DNA of 64,000 nucleotides from a bacterium (GTDB taxonomy: Bacteria; Zhuqueibacterota; Zhuqueibacteria; Zhuqueibacterales; Zhuqueibacteraceae), in the NCBI GenBank assembly GCA_044869275.1, contig JBIOXB010000211.1:1-64000 (forward strand), in the 5' to 3' direction. The position numbers and the translations under genes are program-made. Below are positions 8,130 to 20,600 of this stretch, one piece after another; positions within the stretch are counted from its first letter, which is position 1; each line of letters begins with the position of its first letter. The notes below the pieces were generated by a model that ran no database searches, had not been told where the DNA came from, and saw only the letters and a program-made list of their open reading frames with translations.

Positions 8130-11100
8130 ATGCCGCTATTTCTTCTCCTGATCTTAATCATCTTCAATCCGCTTGCTCTTCGCTCGCAAACCCTTCCATC
8201 AAATTCGAACATCTCGGCATCCAGCACGGCCTTTCGCAAAGCACGGTGTATTGCATTCTCCAAGACCGGCAAGGCTTCATGTGGTTTGGCACGCAGGCGG
8301 GCGTGAATAGATACGACGGTTATAAATTCACAGTCTATCAGCAAGATGTGTTCAATTCGACTTCGCTGGCGCAGAACGAGATTGTTGTGATATGCGAAGA
8401 TCACACGGGTACGCTCTGGCTGGCCAGCTCAAATCGGGCTACGCTCAATCGCTTTGAGCCTGAGCAGGAGCGTTTCACTCGTTTTGCTCATGACCCGAAT
8501 AGTCACCACAGCCTCAGCAACGGCGGCATTACGGCCCTCTATGAAGATCACACGGGCACATTTTGGGTTGGAACCCAAAACGGATTGAATAAGTTTGATC
8601 GCGAAAATGAACAGTTCACCCGTTTTTTCCACGATGAAAGGGATTCCAATAGCATTAGCGATAATGCCATCTCCTTCATTTCTGAAGATCACACTGGCGC
8701 GCTGTGGATTGGAACAGCCGGCGGCGGCCTGAATCGCTACGATCCAATGACCAGGCGATGGACTCGCTTCGTCCATGATCCGAAGAACTCTCTCAGCCTT
8801 AGTCATCCCAGTGTCAGAGCCATTTTTGAAGACCGATTTGGCACGCTCTGGGTTGGAACTTTTGGCGGTGGGCTCAATCGGTTCAATCGCGAGAGCGGTC
8901 ACTTCACCAGCTTTGTCCATGATGCCAAAAATCAACACAGCATCAATGGCAATTATGTCTGGGCTATTTGCGAAGATTCCCTTGCGCCCAATATCCTGTG
9001 GGTGGCAGCGGATGGCCTCAATCGTTTTGATCCTAACACACAGCAGTTTACCCGCTTCGTCAATGACCCCCAAAACCCGCGCAGCCTCAGCAGTGATTAC
9101 GTGGGAGCGCTGTGTGTTGATCGCAACGGCACGCTGTGGGTGGGAACCATGGGCGGTGGGTTGAATCGTTTTGATCACAAAACCGGGCAATTTATTCATT
9201 TCACGGTCAAGGATGGCCTTCCTGGTAATTTCGTTGCTGGGATATTGGCCGATGATCTGGGGCGCTTGTGGTTGAGCGGTAACGGCCTATCCTGCTTTGA
9301 TCCACAAGCGCAAACGTTCCGAAACTTTGATGTGACCGATGGCTTGGCCAGCAATGAATTTCTCATGCCAAGCCAGCACAAAAGCAATGATGGTGAAATG
9401 TTTTTCGGAAGCGCAAGCAGCGGTTTTACCGTGTTTCATCCCGATAGCATCCGAGACAATCCCTATATCCCGCCAGTGGTTATCACCGCTTTCAAACGCT
9501 ACAATACGGATAGCACTTCGGGTATTGCCATACAAGAAAAAGGTGTTTTTGCCAGGAAAGAAATTTCGGTTTCATATAAGGATAAAGTGTTGAGCTTCGA
9601 GTTTGCAGCGTTGAGCTACCGCAGCACTTTTAATAATCAATATGCTTACAAGCTCGAAGGCTTCAACAATACCTGGACTCAGCTCGGCACGAAGCGCGAA
9701 GTGACGTTCACAAATCTCGATCCGGGCGAATACACACTGCGCGTCAAGGGCTCCAACAACGACGGCGTTTGGAGCGAAGAAGGCACCTCGCTCAAGATCA
9801 TCATCACCCCGCCGTGGTGGCGCACGCGCTGGGCTTATGTCTGTTATCTTATGCTCTTCGGCGTGGCCCTCTACGGCTGGCGACGTTTCGAGCTCAATCG
9901 CGCGAAGCTGCGCAACGAGCTGAAGATGAAAAATTTCGAGGCGCAGAAGCTGCAAGAAATGGATCACATGAAATCGCGCTTCTTCGCCAACATCTCGCAC
10001 GAATTCCGCACACCGCTGACGCTCATTCTCGGGCCGGTGGAACAAATGAACTCAGGCGAGTTTAGGGGGAACGTCAAGGAAGCGTATGACATGATTCTGC
10101 GCAATGGCCGGCGCTTGTTGCGTTTGATCAATCAATTGCTCGATCTTGCGCGAATTGAGGCCGGTCGCATGACATTGCAAACGCGGCAGGAGGACATTGT
10201 CAGCTTTCTCAAAGGCCTCGTGCTGTCGTTCGCTTCCGCTGCCGAACGCAAACACATCGCGTTAAATATTATTGCTGAGGATGAAAATCTCATCGTCTAT
10301 TTTGATCGCGACAAGCTCGAAAAGATCGTTTCGAATTTGCTCTCGAATGCGTTGAAGTTCACGCCGGAAGGCGGAATGGTAAGTGTCCAGTTAGCAGAAA
10401 GCAGTGAACAGTTGCCGGCTAAGAAACTGCCCACTGCCCACTGTTTACTGATCACTATAAAAGACACCGGCCCCGGCATTTCTCCCGAGCAACGCGACAA
10501 GATCTTTGACCGCTTTTATCAAGTCGATGCCTTGCACACGCGCGAGCAGGAGGGCACGGGTATCGGCCTGGCGCTCACGAAAGAATTAGTGGAGTTGCAT
10601 CACGGCGAGATTATTGTTGAAAGTGAAGTTGGGCGCGGTACGACTTTCATCGTGCGGCTGCCGCTGGGGAAAGCGCATTTGAAGGCGGAAGAAATTGCCA
10701 GCGATCAGTTATCTGTGGTCAGTGATCAAGCAAGTGACAAGTTACAAGTGGCAAGTGGGAGGGATTCTGATTTTCCTTCAATCCAACAATCCCTCACTCC
10801 ATCAATCCGGGAATCAACAACCAGCGACGAAACCCTCATTCTCGTCGGCGAAGACAACCGCGATGTGCGGCTTTATATCCGGCAATATCTCGAGCCGGTT
10901 TTCAAAGTGATTGAAGCGGTGGATGGCCTTGACGGTGTGGAAAAGGCTTTGGAAATCATTCCCGATCTCATCATCAGCGACGTGATGATGCCCAAACGCG
11001 ACGGCAATGAGTTATGCCGCATTCTGAAAGCCGACGAGAAGACGAGCCACGTGCCCATCATCATGCTCACGGCCAAAGCCGATCGCGACAGCAAAGTACA

Positions 11101-11584
11101 GGGCTTGGAAATCGGCGCGGATGATTATCTTATCAAGCCGTTCGATTCCAAAGAGCTGCTGGCGCGCGTGCACAATCTCATCAAACAGCGCAGACAATTG
11201 CGCGAGCGCTTCAGCCGTGAAATCGTTTTGAAGCCGCGGGAAATCGCTATCACGCCGATGGATGAAGTTTTTCTCAACAAAGTGAAAGCGGTAGTGGAAA
11301 AATATTTGGGCGAGGAAGATTTTGACGTGGAAATATTGAGCCGTGAAGTCGGAATGAGCCATTCCCAGATTCACCGCAAGCTGAAGGCGCTCACCAATCA
11401 GTCTGCCAGCCAATTCATTCGCTCGCTGCGGCTGCACCGCGCCGTGGAATTGCTCAAGCAAAAAGCCGGCACGGTCGCGGAAATTGCCTATCAAGTGGGC
11501 TTCGGCAGCCAGGCTTATTTCACCAAATGTTTTCATGAGCAGTTTGGGTGTTCGCCGAAGGACTATGTTAGAAAAGACACTTGA
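8130..11584 (+). CDS. Hybrid two-component sensor (beta-propeller/Y_Y_Y, HisKA, HATPase, REC, AraC); signal peptide out of frame near 8190
   Basis: Reg_prop repeats (D..G.LW.GT), FANISHEFRTPL, NLLSNALKFT, GTGIGL, ISDVMMP, IAYQVGFGSQAYFTKCF. Confidence 0.9.
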
Positions 11585-11602
11585 GTGGTGATTCGAGGTG
11601 AA

Positions 11603-12160
11603 TTATCGCAGCAGAGATTCCAGGTTTTCAATGACATCGCTGCGTTCGAGCCCCTTCAGCTCTGCAGCATGAGCACGCAAGTAGGTGAGCTGTAATTTTG
11701 GTTTGTTAAAAGCTATCAAAGCCCTCACATCGGCTACATCTTTGTCTCTTGCAGCGAAGAGCTTGAAAATGATTAGGTCCTCAATAGTGCAGACATTGAT
11801 TTCTACCTCGCCAAACATTCTACGCTGGCTGCGGGCGATGGCCTGCCGTTCCAGTCCACTCAAGCCCGCTGCCACGTCCACACGTATTTGCGTCGTTTGA
11901 TGGCGCAGCGGTAAAACGAAGAAGCGCTGAAAAAACGCCAGCGCGTTTTCCTTCACGGGTACAAAATCGTGCTCGAAAATTCTATAAATCCGGTCGAGTT
12001 GATCAATTTCGGCAAAGAGGGTGAGATCTATATCCTGGGTGGTACGCGCTCCGCCGTGAACGAGATTGGCGATACCTCCAATGACGGTATATGGAGTTTG
12101 ACTTTCAATACAAATGCGGTCAAGGTCAAGAAGCGTCTGCTCGAAGGGCGTCATGCTCAT
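11603..12160 (-). CDS. Nucleotidyltransferase-fold protein (toxin-like, DUF6036-type)
   Basis: VIGGIA..HG..RTTQDID and EDLIIFKLFAARDKDVAD motifs. Confidence 0.7.
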   Translation of the reverse strand: MSMTPFEQTLLDLDRICIESQTPYTVIGGIANLVHGGARTTQDIDLTLFAEIDQLDRIYRIFEHDFVPVKENALAFFQRFFVLPLRHQTTQIRVDVAAGLSGLERQAIARSQRRMFGEVEINVCTIEDLIIFKLFAARDKDVADVRALIAFNKPKLQLTYLRAHAAELKGLERSDVIENLESLLR

Positions 12161-12377
12161 GCTCGCGTAATTGGGAAAACAGCTCTTGCAGCATGACGTG
12201 GTGCTGAATGTCCGCCTCCACTTGCGCGGCGGTATTTGGCGAACGCAACCACGTGCGATAGGCAACTTCCAAAAAAGAAACAAAATCCTTCAAAGCGGGT
12301 TGCGGCTCGGGCGCAATCTCATTCAAAACCTCGTACTTGCGCCAAAACTGCGTTATGTATTTTTCCTGGTCCGTCAT
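12126..12377 (-). CDS. Small protein, probable antitoxin partner of the nucleotidyltransferase
   Basis: 83 aa, overlapping upstream gene in a two-gene unit; GAAGGA RBS. Confidence 0.55.
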   Translation of the reverse strand: MTDQEKYITQFWRKYEVLNEIAPEPQPALKDFVSFLEVAYRTWLRSPNTAAQVEADIQHHVMLQELFSQLREHEHDALRADAS

Positions 12378-12836
12378 GATTGTCCTTCGTGCCGTTTTGT
12401 TGAATTCTGTCTGCGATCAAATATAGTCAATTTGTCAATCGTGAACAACACGGATTTTGATGGAAATATACTGGGACATTTCATCCCTCTGGGGATTGAA
12501 TACATTCTTGGTCTGCTTTTGTGATTTCCCCGTTGTGAACCGTGCACCTCCCCGACCTTGACTTCCGCGCGTTCACTCTTCGTTTGAGCTGGTTCAAAAT
12601 TTCCATGCTCAAAACGCCGGGCGCTCTGCCCCAAGACAGAATAACAAGTTACACCGCGTAGCAGCCCTCCATGCAATATAAGTTAAAAGCTTTGCAATAT
12701 AGGTTAGAGATTTCGCCCTCCCTTTTTTCTAAATTAACGCACAATTCACGCTCTCATCCTGCACAAGTGAAGCCGAAAGTGCATCTCAAGTTTTTTATGT
12801 ACAACTCCGGCTTTGTCAATCAAAGGAGGGTCAGCC

Positions 12837-14553
12837 ATGAAATCGAAACTGTATCCATGGGCGTTTTCGAACCTGAGTCGAATGTGCCGTTTCTGCCGGC
12901 TGCGCGACGTGGCCATCACTTCTCTGTTGTTGGTGCTATTTATTGCACTACTTCCGACCTCGGCGTGGCCACAAACGCTATGGATCAAACACAACAATAA
13001 TCCCGTTTTGGATGCCGGGCCGTCCAGCGCGTGGGATGGCGGACGGATTTTCTATCACTTCATCTTTTTTGATGGAGCACAATACCGCATGTGGTACACC
13101 GGATACAATCCCACTTTGAACGCGCGGCCGGCAATCGGTTATGCGGCCTGGACCTTCGGACAGTTGGGATGATTCCGGTGCGGTCGCAACCTCCGTCCAC
13201 TACGATGGCACAACCTACAAAATGTGGTACGAAGGCGTCACTGGCATCGGGCGTGCGATTTCTTCCGACGGTATTCAATGGACCAAAGACCCGGCCAATC
13301 CTATGTTTGATGGGGACGCGCTGCAAAATTGGGAAAGCCAGGGAGTCGGACATCCTCGCGTCCTCTTTGACGGCCAAAAGTACCGACTTTGGTATATCGG
13401 CGTAGACGAAAAGGTCGACATCCGCATTGGATATGCCAATACTCCGTTGACGCACGATATGATGGTGGCTTCATTTCCAGAGCATCTGCAGAGAGTGCCC
13501 AAGCTCGCGAATGTTGCACCGAAGGTAATGCTCATGAATGCCGGCTTGAATGACGAATCCAACCTCGCCGTCACTTGTCAGATTGATTCCGCCGGGGTGA
13601 TCGTTTATTCGGATAAACAGGGCCTCACGCTTTTGCAAAGCCTCGCAACACGCGAAGTCACCTTCAAAAACTGGTGTACCTTCGGCGAGAAAAGCTACCA
13701 ATTTTCTTTCTTCACCATGAGATTAACCAACGGCGAGAACATCTTTAATGATACATTGCGAACAACCGTCAGCGTATCCAATCTCCTGGATGACTTTGAA
13801 ACTGGCTTTGGCAAATGGACTTCTGCCACGGGCTGGGGCATCAACGGCCAACGTTTTCATTCCGGCAAGTTCAGCATGGATGACAGTCCAACGGGCAATT
13901 ACGGCAACAACGTGAATAGCGCGGTGAATTATAATTTCAGCTTCGATCTTTCAGGGCAAAGCGCGGCGCACTTGTCGTATTGGAGTTGGAATGTTCTTCA
14001 ACCCAATGACTTCGGTTATGTCGAAGTGAGCACGGACAGCGGCGCGACTTGGAATCAACTCGGCGCGCGGCATGAAGGCGTGCAGCGCAGCTTCACGCAA
14101 GAATACCGCTCGCTCACGCCTTATTGCGGGCCCGGCTTCACAGATGTAAGAATCCGCTTCCGTCTCGTGACTGACGCGAGCGGCGTTTTTCCGGGCTGGA
14201 ATTTGGATGATATCGAAATTCACGAAGGCGAGTCGCCCACTGCCGTTGCGGAACAAGAGCCTCAAGGCGTGCCCCAAACGTTTGCTTTGCTCGGCAACTA
14301 TCCCAACCCCTTCAATCCCGAAACCACAATTGAATATCAATTGCCGCGGCCGGGCCGAGTCGAAATCGCAGTTTACAATCTTGCCGGACAACTCGTTCGC
14401 ACGCTACTCCAAGCACCTCAACCCGCCGGAAGATTCAAATTAAGATGGGATGGCAAAGATGATCGCGGTGCGAATGTGGCCTCCGGCGTTTATCTGTATC
14501 AATTGCAAGCGGAAGGATTTTCTGCAACCAAAAAGATGGTTCTGATGCGGTGA
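12837..14553 (+). pseudogene. Secreted glycoside-hydrolase-like propeller / immune-inhibitor-like / FlgD-T9SS CTD protein, broken by internal deletion and frameshift near 13145
   Basis: ORF1 has RBS AAAGGAGG, signal peptide and NNPVL..G..WD..Y.MWY.G..IGYA; ORF2 continues the same repeat in another frame and ends NYPNPFNP...WDGKD. Confidence 0.7.
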
Positions 14554-14603
14554 AGGCGCGGAGGGCCTGGCATTTGTTACTTTGATTTTTGAGAGTCACC
14601 GGG

Positions 14604-14641
14604 AGCGAAGTCGAAAGGTATTGTCTTGGTTCGACTTCGCT
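14604..14641. repeat. REP-like inverted repeat between convergent genes
   Basis: AGCGAAGTCGAA ... TTCGACTTCGCT perfect 12-bp arms. Confidence 0.6.
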
Positions 14642-14671
14642 TCCTGCTGATGACGGGGTTTGAATTCGTGC

Positions 14672-17600
14672 TCAATGCGACTCATACCCCTTCAACCCGC
14701 CGCGCGGCGCGATGAGCTTGAAATTCTGCAGCGACAATTCCACCTCCAGCTCATCGACCTCGATGAATTCTTTTCCATCTTTTATCATCACCGGCACATT
14801 TGAGAGCTGCAAAATTTCTTTGAATTTCGCCAAGGACTTTGCCCAATCGTGTTGATTCATTTCTTTGAGAATGCCGTGGGCGTATTGAAACGACTCGAGA
14901 CGGTTCTTGGGATCAAAGAAAAAGAAATTGCCGCGCGAGGCCCCGCCGAGCAGCTTGGTGCCAAGATACGGCCGGTCGTTGGTGCGCAACTTGCCGGCCG
15001 CATCGAAATGAACACCCGCGAAGTAAAAATTTCCGCCCATCAAAGATTCACCGGCGAATTTGCTGGCAGAGCCCAGAATCATCACCTCCAATTTCTGGCC
15101 GCGCGCATCGTCCACGGAATTCGTCCACGCGCGATCGACGACGTTGCCCATGATGAAAACTTTCCCGCCCTTGGAGGCATAACCGCAGACCTTGCCGGCA
15201 TTGCCGAAAACGTAAAGCTCGCCGTGGTGCATGCACATGCCGCAGAAATTTTGCGCATTGCCGTGCAGCCGAATCCCGCCGCCCTGCATGAACGCGCCGA
15301 AATACTCGCCCGCCGCGCCATAGACCTCCATTTCAACGTCATCCGTGTCGCGTGTGCCCATCACGGCGGTCGAGATCAAACGCTGGCCGCTGACGCGATA
15401 GAGCAGATAGCGCCGCCAGCCCAGCTCGTGGGCCCGGCGCAGAAATGCTGCCAAACAAAATTCGGGATCCGTGCCTTCCGGCAGGAAGCCGGCAGCATCA
15501 ATCACCAGACATTCTTTGGCAAAAGCGGGTTTGTTTTTGAACTGCTGCGCCTTTTTGCGATTGACGTGGAGGTGCCCCTCGATCAATCCTGCGGCCGTGC
15601 CGTCCAGCAAACGATTCAATTCATGGCGGGTAATATCTAACAATGAGCTCTTTGCCTTGTCGCCGGTATCGAGCGTGCGCATGTAGTCGTTCAGCCAGGT
15701 CAAGAGGTCCAGAACTCTTGTGAACGTCGTTTGAGTTTCCTTTACACCATCCACACCATGCGCGAGCACCCAACGATAGGTATTGAAATCCCACGTGGCG
15801 AGTTGGCGTGCAAACTCCGCGGGCGTGCTGTTGAGCAGCCGGCTCAAATTTAATTGCGCTTTGATCGCCGGCGGCGGCTCGTGCAGCGTTGCGCGGCTGC
15901 AACTGTAATGCCGGCCGAAATCTTCCGGCACGATGGGCTGGCCGTAGCGATCGATAAACTCGAAAGATCGAATGCGTTGTTGCTCGTCGAATTGGTAGCG
16001 GCTGATCATCCCGCTGCTCACCCAGGTGAGATCCGGCATCGCCCCATCGATCAAACCCTCACGATCCAGCAATTGCAGCATGCGCTGAATCGCCTGCTCT
16101 TCGGATGAAATGATACTAAAGGCGCGCGCGCCGCCATTTCCTTGGTCGATCCAGAACGCGCTCACGTTGGGGCGCAAGTCCGCGGGGTCTTTCAAATCCA
16201 CGCGCTCAGTGACTTTCGTGTAGGGGTTGTGGCGCAAACACAGATATTGATACGGGCCGTCAGGCGAGCTGGCGAACTCCACGCGCTGCACTTCCTCGAG
16301 CTGCGGCCGCAGCGCCGGAGCGACGAGATGCAGATCATCGCCGGTGGTCGGGGAAAAGCTTTCGAACAGAGCCCAATCCGGATATTGCCATTCGTCGGCG
16401 GTCAGATGAAATTTGAGCGCGGCCACCGCGGTATCGGTCGTTGCCAGAGGCGACAGTCCAAAAAACTCCACGCGTTGTTTGAGCGCTTCATAGTTTGTGG
16501 TTTCGCCGTTGTGCGTCAGGGCCGTGTGCAGATTTGAAAACGGGTGGCTGTTCATCTGTTCGACCACGGAGCCGGTGGCGAGGCGCACATGAATGATGTT
16601 GTTCGGTGCGGCCGGCGTTTGCCACGGTATTTCGCGGCCCGCGGTTTTCCAGGTTGCGAAATTTTTGCCGCACGACATGACGGCAGCAAGTCGCACCCGG
16701 CGGTTTTCATAACGATGCTCATATTGCGCGAACGGATGAGCCTGAATAAAATCACGCATGAGCTGCAAATACGGCTCGGGGTTCTCTTGCGCATTTTCCA
16801 TGATCGTTTTCACGTGCAGCGAGGAATGCCCTTGGCTCGCAAAACCGTTTTGCTGCGCGAATCTCTTCAAATGCTCCGGCGCGGCTTCAGAAACGTACAG
16901 CAAGCGCGTGAGCTCGAGCGAATGCTGGAAGACGAACAAATCCTCGGCCTTCTGCATGAAATGCGGCGACTGTTGATAGTTCTGCCGGGTGATCTTTGGA
17001 AACATGCCGGAGAGAAAACCCGTGCGCATGCGCCGTTGTCTCGCCGCCGCGCTGTTTGTGGCTGCGTCGCCTTCCGCCAGCAGCACGGTCTCGATATGAT
17101 GTTGCAACACTTCCGGTTTCACGCGGACGAAGAACGTGTAGAGATCGCCGGGATCAGTGCCGTCATGGCCGAACTCGCGGTAGTCGCGCTCGTTGCCATG
17201 GGCGTCGCCTTTGTAGCGCTCGCGCACCCGCGCCGCTTCGGTCTCAGTCTTGAAATCAAAGCAGGGCTCGAGAAAAACGCGGCGAATGCTGTTCATCAGT
17301 TTGGCGCGGCGATGCAAAACCAGCTCGCGCGCCGCAGCCCGCAACTCCTGGGTTGGTGCGTCGCGATGCTCCGCGCGCCATTGCAGCGCGAGATTCTCCT
17401 CCATCTCTTTTTGCAAAACGCCTTTCACCAGCACGCGATAGGCATAATCCTCCTGATGATCTGGAAAACACAGGGCCTTCGCCACGCCCACGCCGTCCAT
17501 GCCGCGATTTTTCATGCACGCCAGCGTTTCATCGAGAATGTAGCTTGGAATCGGCGCCGTGCCATTCACCGCGGCCACGCCACAATTGCTTTGCCCTGCC

Positions 17601-20600
17601 CGGGCGGGAAGAATTTCAGCAGGCTTGCGCTCATACGTTTCGTCGCGCTCGGCTTCTTTGATGACTTCTTTCTGCAGGCGCTCGCGGTGATCCACGCGCT
17701 CCTTCAATCCGATCCAGTGCAGCTTGTCATGGCGGCCGCGCAGCTCGCGAATATCCTTGCAGCCCAGCGCCGCCAGCGCGCGCATCACTTGCATCTGCAG
17801 AATGGTGAAGGTGTTGACGATCTGCAGCGCGTTCAATTCGACGTCACGCAGCTTTTGCATGATCAAATTGCTCGTCGCAATACCGCGCGAGCAGCCGTCC
17901 TGGCAATTGCGATTGCGGTCGCAGCCGATCGCCACCAGCGGCGCCGTGCCCCAAATGACACCATCCGCGCCCAGGGCCACGGCCTTGATCACGTCTTCAT
18001 ACGTGCGAATGCCGCCGCTGACGAAGAAACTCACGTGGTTGCGCAAGCCGTCGCGCACGAGCCGGTGGTGAATCAGCGGCACAGCGTATTCAATGTGCAT
18101 CCCCATCTGGCCCTTGATAATGTTGGGTGAAGCACCGGTGCCGCCGCGCGGGCCGTCGAGCCAGATTTCGATTTTCATGCCGTACTGCCTGGCATAAGCC
18201 GCGACCTCTGCCGCCATCTCGCCATAGCCCTCCTGTACTTTGCCAAACTTGGTGGCGACGATTTCATCCGTGTTGTCTTTGCCGATGCGTCCCAGGCCCG
18301 CGGCGATGAACTCAATGTCGATCGAGGGCGAAACTTTGATCGACACTACGGCATGGGGATTGATCATGCGCACGATATCGATGAACGCTTTCACGTCTTC
18401 AATCGAATAACAATTGTGGAACGGAAACGGCGAGATGATGCTGGTGTAGACAAAATTGATCACGTTCTGGGTTTCACGCAGCAAATTCTCGAACTCCAGC
18501 TCGTCGAGCTTGCTCTCCGCGTGCAGGTTGTAAATCCGTTCGCGCAGCTCGCGCAGATGGCGTTTTAATTCCTCCGTCACGTGCTTTTCGTCGCGCGCGC
18601 GATCGGCTTCTGCCAGCGCAGGCGGGGCGATTGTGTACAGGGGATGGTTCTCGTCACCGGCGATGCGCGCCAAGCGTTTCACCAAAGCCTCCAAACCCTC
18701 AAGATGCAATTCTTCCAAGCCTTCTATGCCGCGCAGGTAGGAGACGAGCTTGTTCACTTTCTTCGCGAGAATGTGGCCGCCGATGCCCATCTTCGCGCCC
18801 TGGCTGTAGGCGATCACCAGCCGTCGCGCTTTTTGCATGGTTTCCTTGGTCACACCGAACAAGCCGGTCTTCAATTCGGTTGAGATGTAAGCTTCGTCGT
18901 CGGTATCAATCACCGTCATAAAATGAAACGGCGCGAGCGAAGGATGCAAATCGAGTTGTGCGAAAACGTGTGCATGGGTGTGGGGGGTGCAGCCGTTCTG
19001 CGTCAGTATCTGCCGCACTTCTGCAATGGTGTAATTCCGCCCGTTTTCGAAGAAGGGCTTGATCGTTTGTATTTCATTCTCTGTAAAGAATATCGGCTCG
19101 CCTTTCGTGTTCAAAAAGAACGAAGTGGGATAGCCGCCTTCACCGGTGTCGCATTGCGTGCCCAGCGCGCGGCAGGCAATCACCTGCGCGCGCCACGTAT
19201 CCAATCCGATCGATCCGACGGATTTGCCGCCGAACATCCATGGTCCCGCCAGGATCAAGTCCTTGTCCAGGCGCAGCGCGGTGTTGATATGCTCCAATTC
19301 GCCCTCCGGAATGTCCATCGGGTCTTTGTTGTAAAGAATGCGCATCACGTCAAAGCCGTCGCCCAAGGCCCCCGTGGCTTTCACGTGGCGCAAATCGAGC
19401 ATGGCAAGATCGCCGGTGGCCATGCGGCCGATGGATTCGATCAGGTTGCCCGGCCACACAAAATCGCGCTTTAAGAGATTTTGATTGGTCTCCTCCAGGC
19501 GGTAAAAATCATGCGGCTGCGGCAGCGGCCGGATCATCCCGCGCAGCTGTGCATAGTGGCGCTGCGCCTCCTCCGCAATGGGTTCGCGCGTGATCAATTC
19601 CTCGTTCAACTGCGCGTACCGCACGAGGATGTCTTCGTCTTCGAAAATATCGCGCTGCAGGCGATGCTCGAGCTGATGAAAATCGATGAGACGCCCCTCC
19701 TCGCCCACGGTTTTTTTGATGTCCTTGAATCCGGCGGCGCCGAGCACTTCGAGGATTTGCACCTTGCGCGATTCGGCTTGATGGTTGAGGCGTTGCACCG
19801 CCCAATCGACCTCCATGCTCAACAGCTTTTCCGTGGTCGTGCGATTTTCCACATACGCGCGATAGGCCGTCGGGTCGAGCGCCAGCAGCGCGGCAAAATC
19901 GATGAGCGTGGCTTCGGCGCCGCGCTGAATCGTCTTCTGTGAATCCGAAGCCAGGCGAATGCCGCCGGAGGCGATGATGGAAACCTCATGCCGCATGCCG
20001 ATGCGCAAGAGATAATGATGCAACGCCTGCACCGCGTTCGAAGTGACGAAGTACTCGTCTTTGTTGCGCAAGCCGTGCACGTGTAAAATATCAACGCCCA
20101 GATCGAGAAACTCATTCACCTTCTGCTTGATCGCGGGCGCAAGCATGCTCATGCCGAGGAGATCGTACTCCGAGATTTCCAGATACCCGCTGATCAGCGG
20201 CTGCTGTCCGCCTTCATGGCGCGCGCTGTCACGAATAAAAGGCAGAGTACGGCCGATATTGGCGTCGTGCTTGAGCTCGAACGCCGGCATGCTCCAAAAA
20301 TCCAGCAAGAATTCGCGATTGGTGTTGGGATTCACGGTCAGGCGGTGCATGAGCTCATGATCCACGCGCGGCATGATCACACGCGGCAGGCGTTGATAAT
20401 GGCCCTCGCGCAGAAAATATTCGTAATAATCCAAAATTGTGCGCGTGTACATCACCACCAGCGCGCCCTGCCTCTCCGCCACCTTCATCATGGCCAGCTC
20501 GATCTTGCCGTTGCATAATTGCTCGATGACGTTGTACAGGATCGGCGTGCGCAACTTGAGCAGCCGCGAGGTGTGAGGGCCATGGCCGCTCACGATCCGG

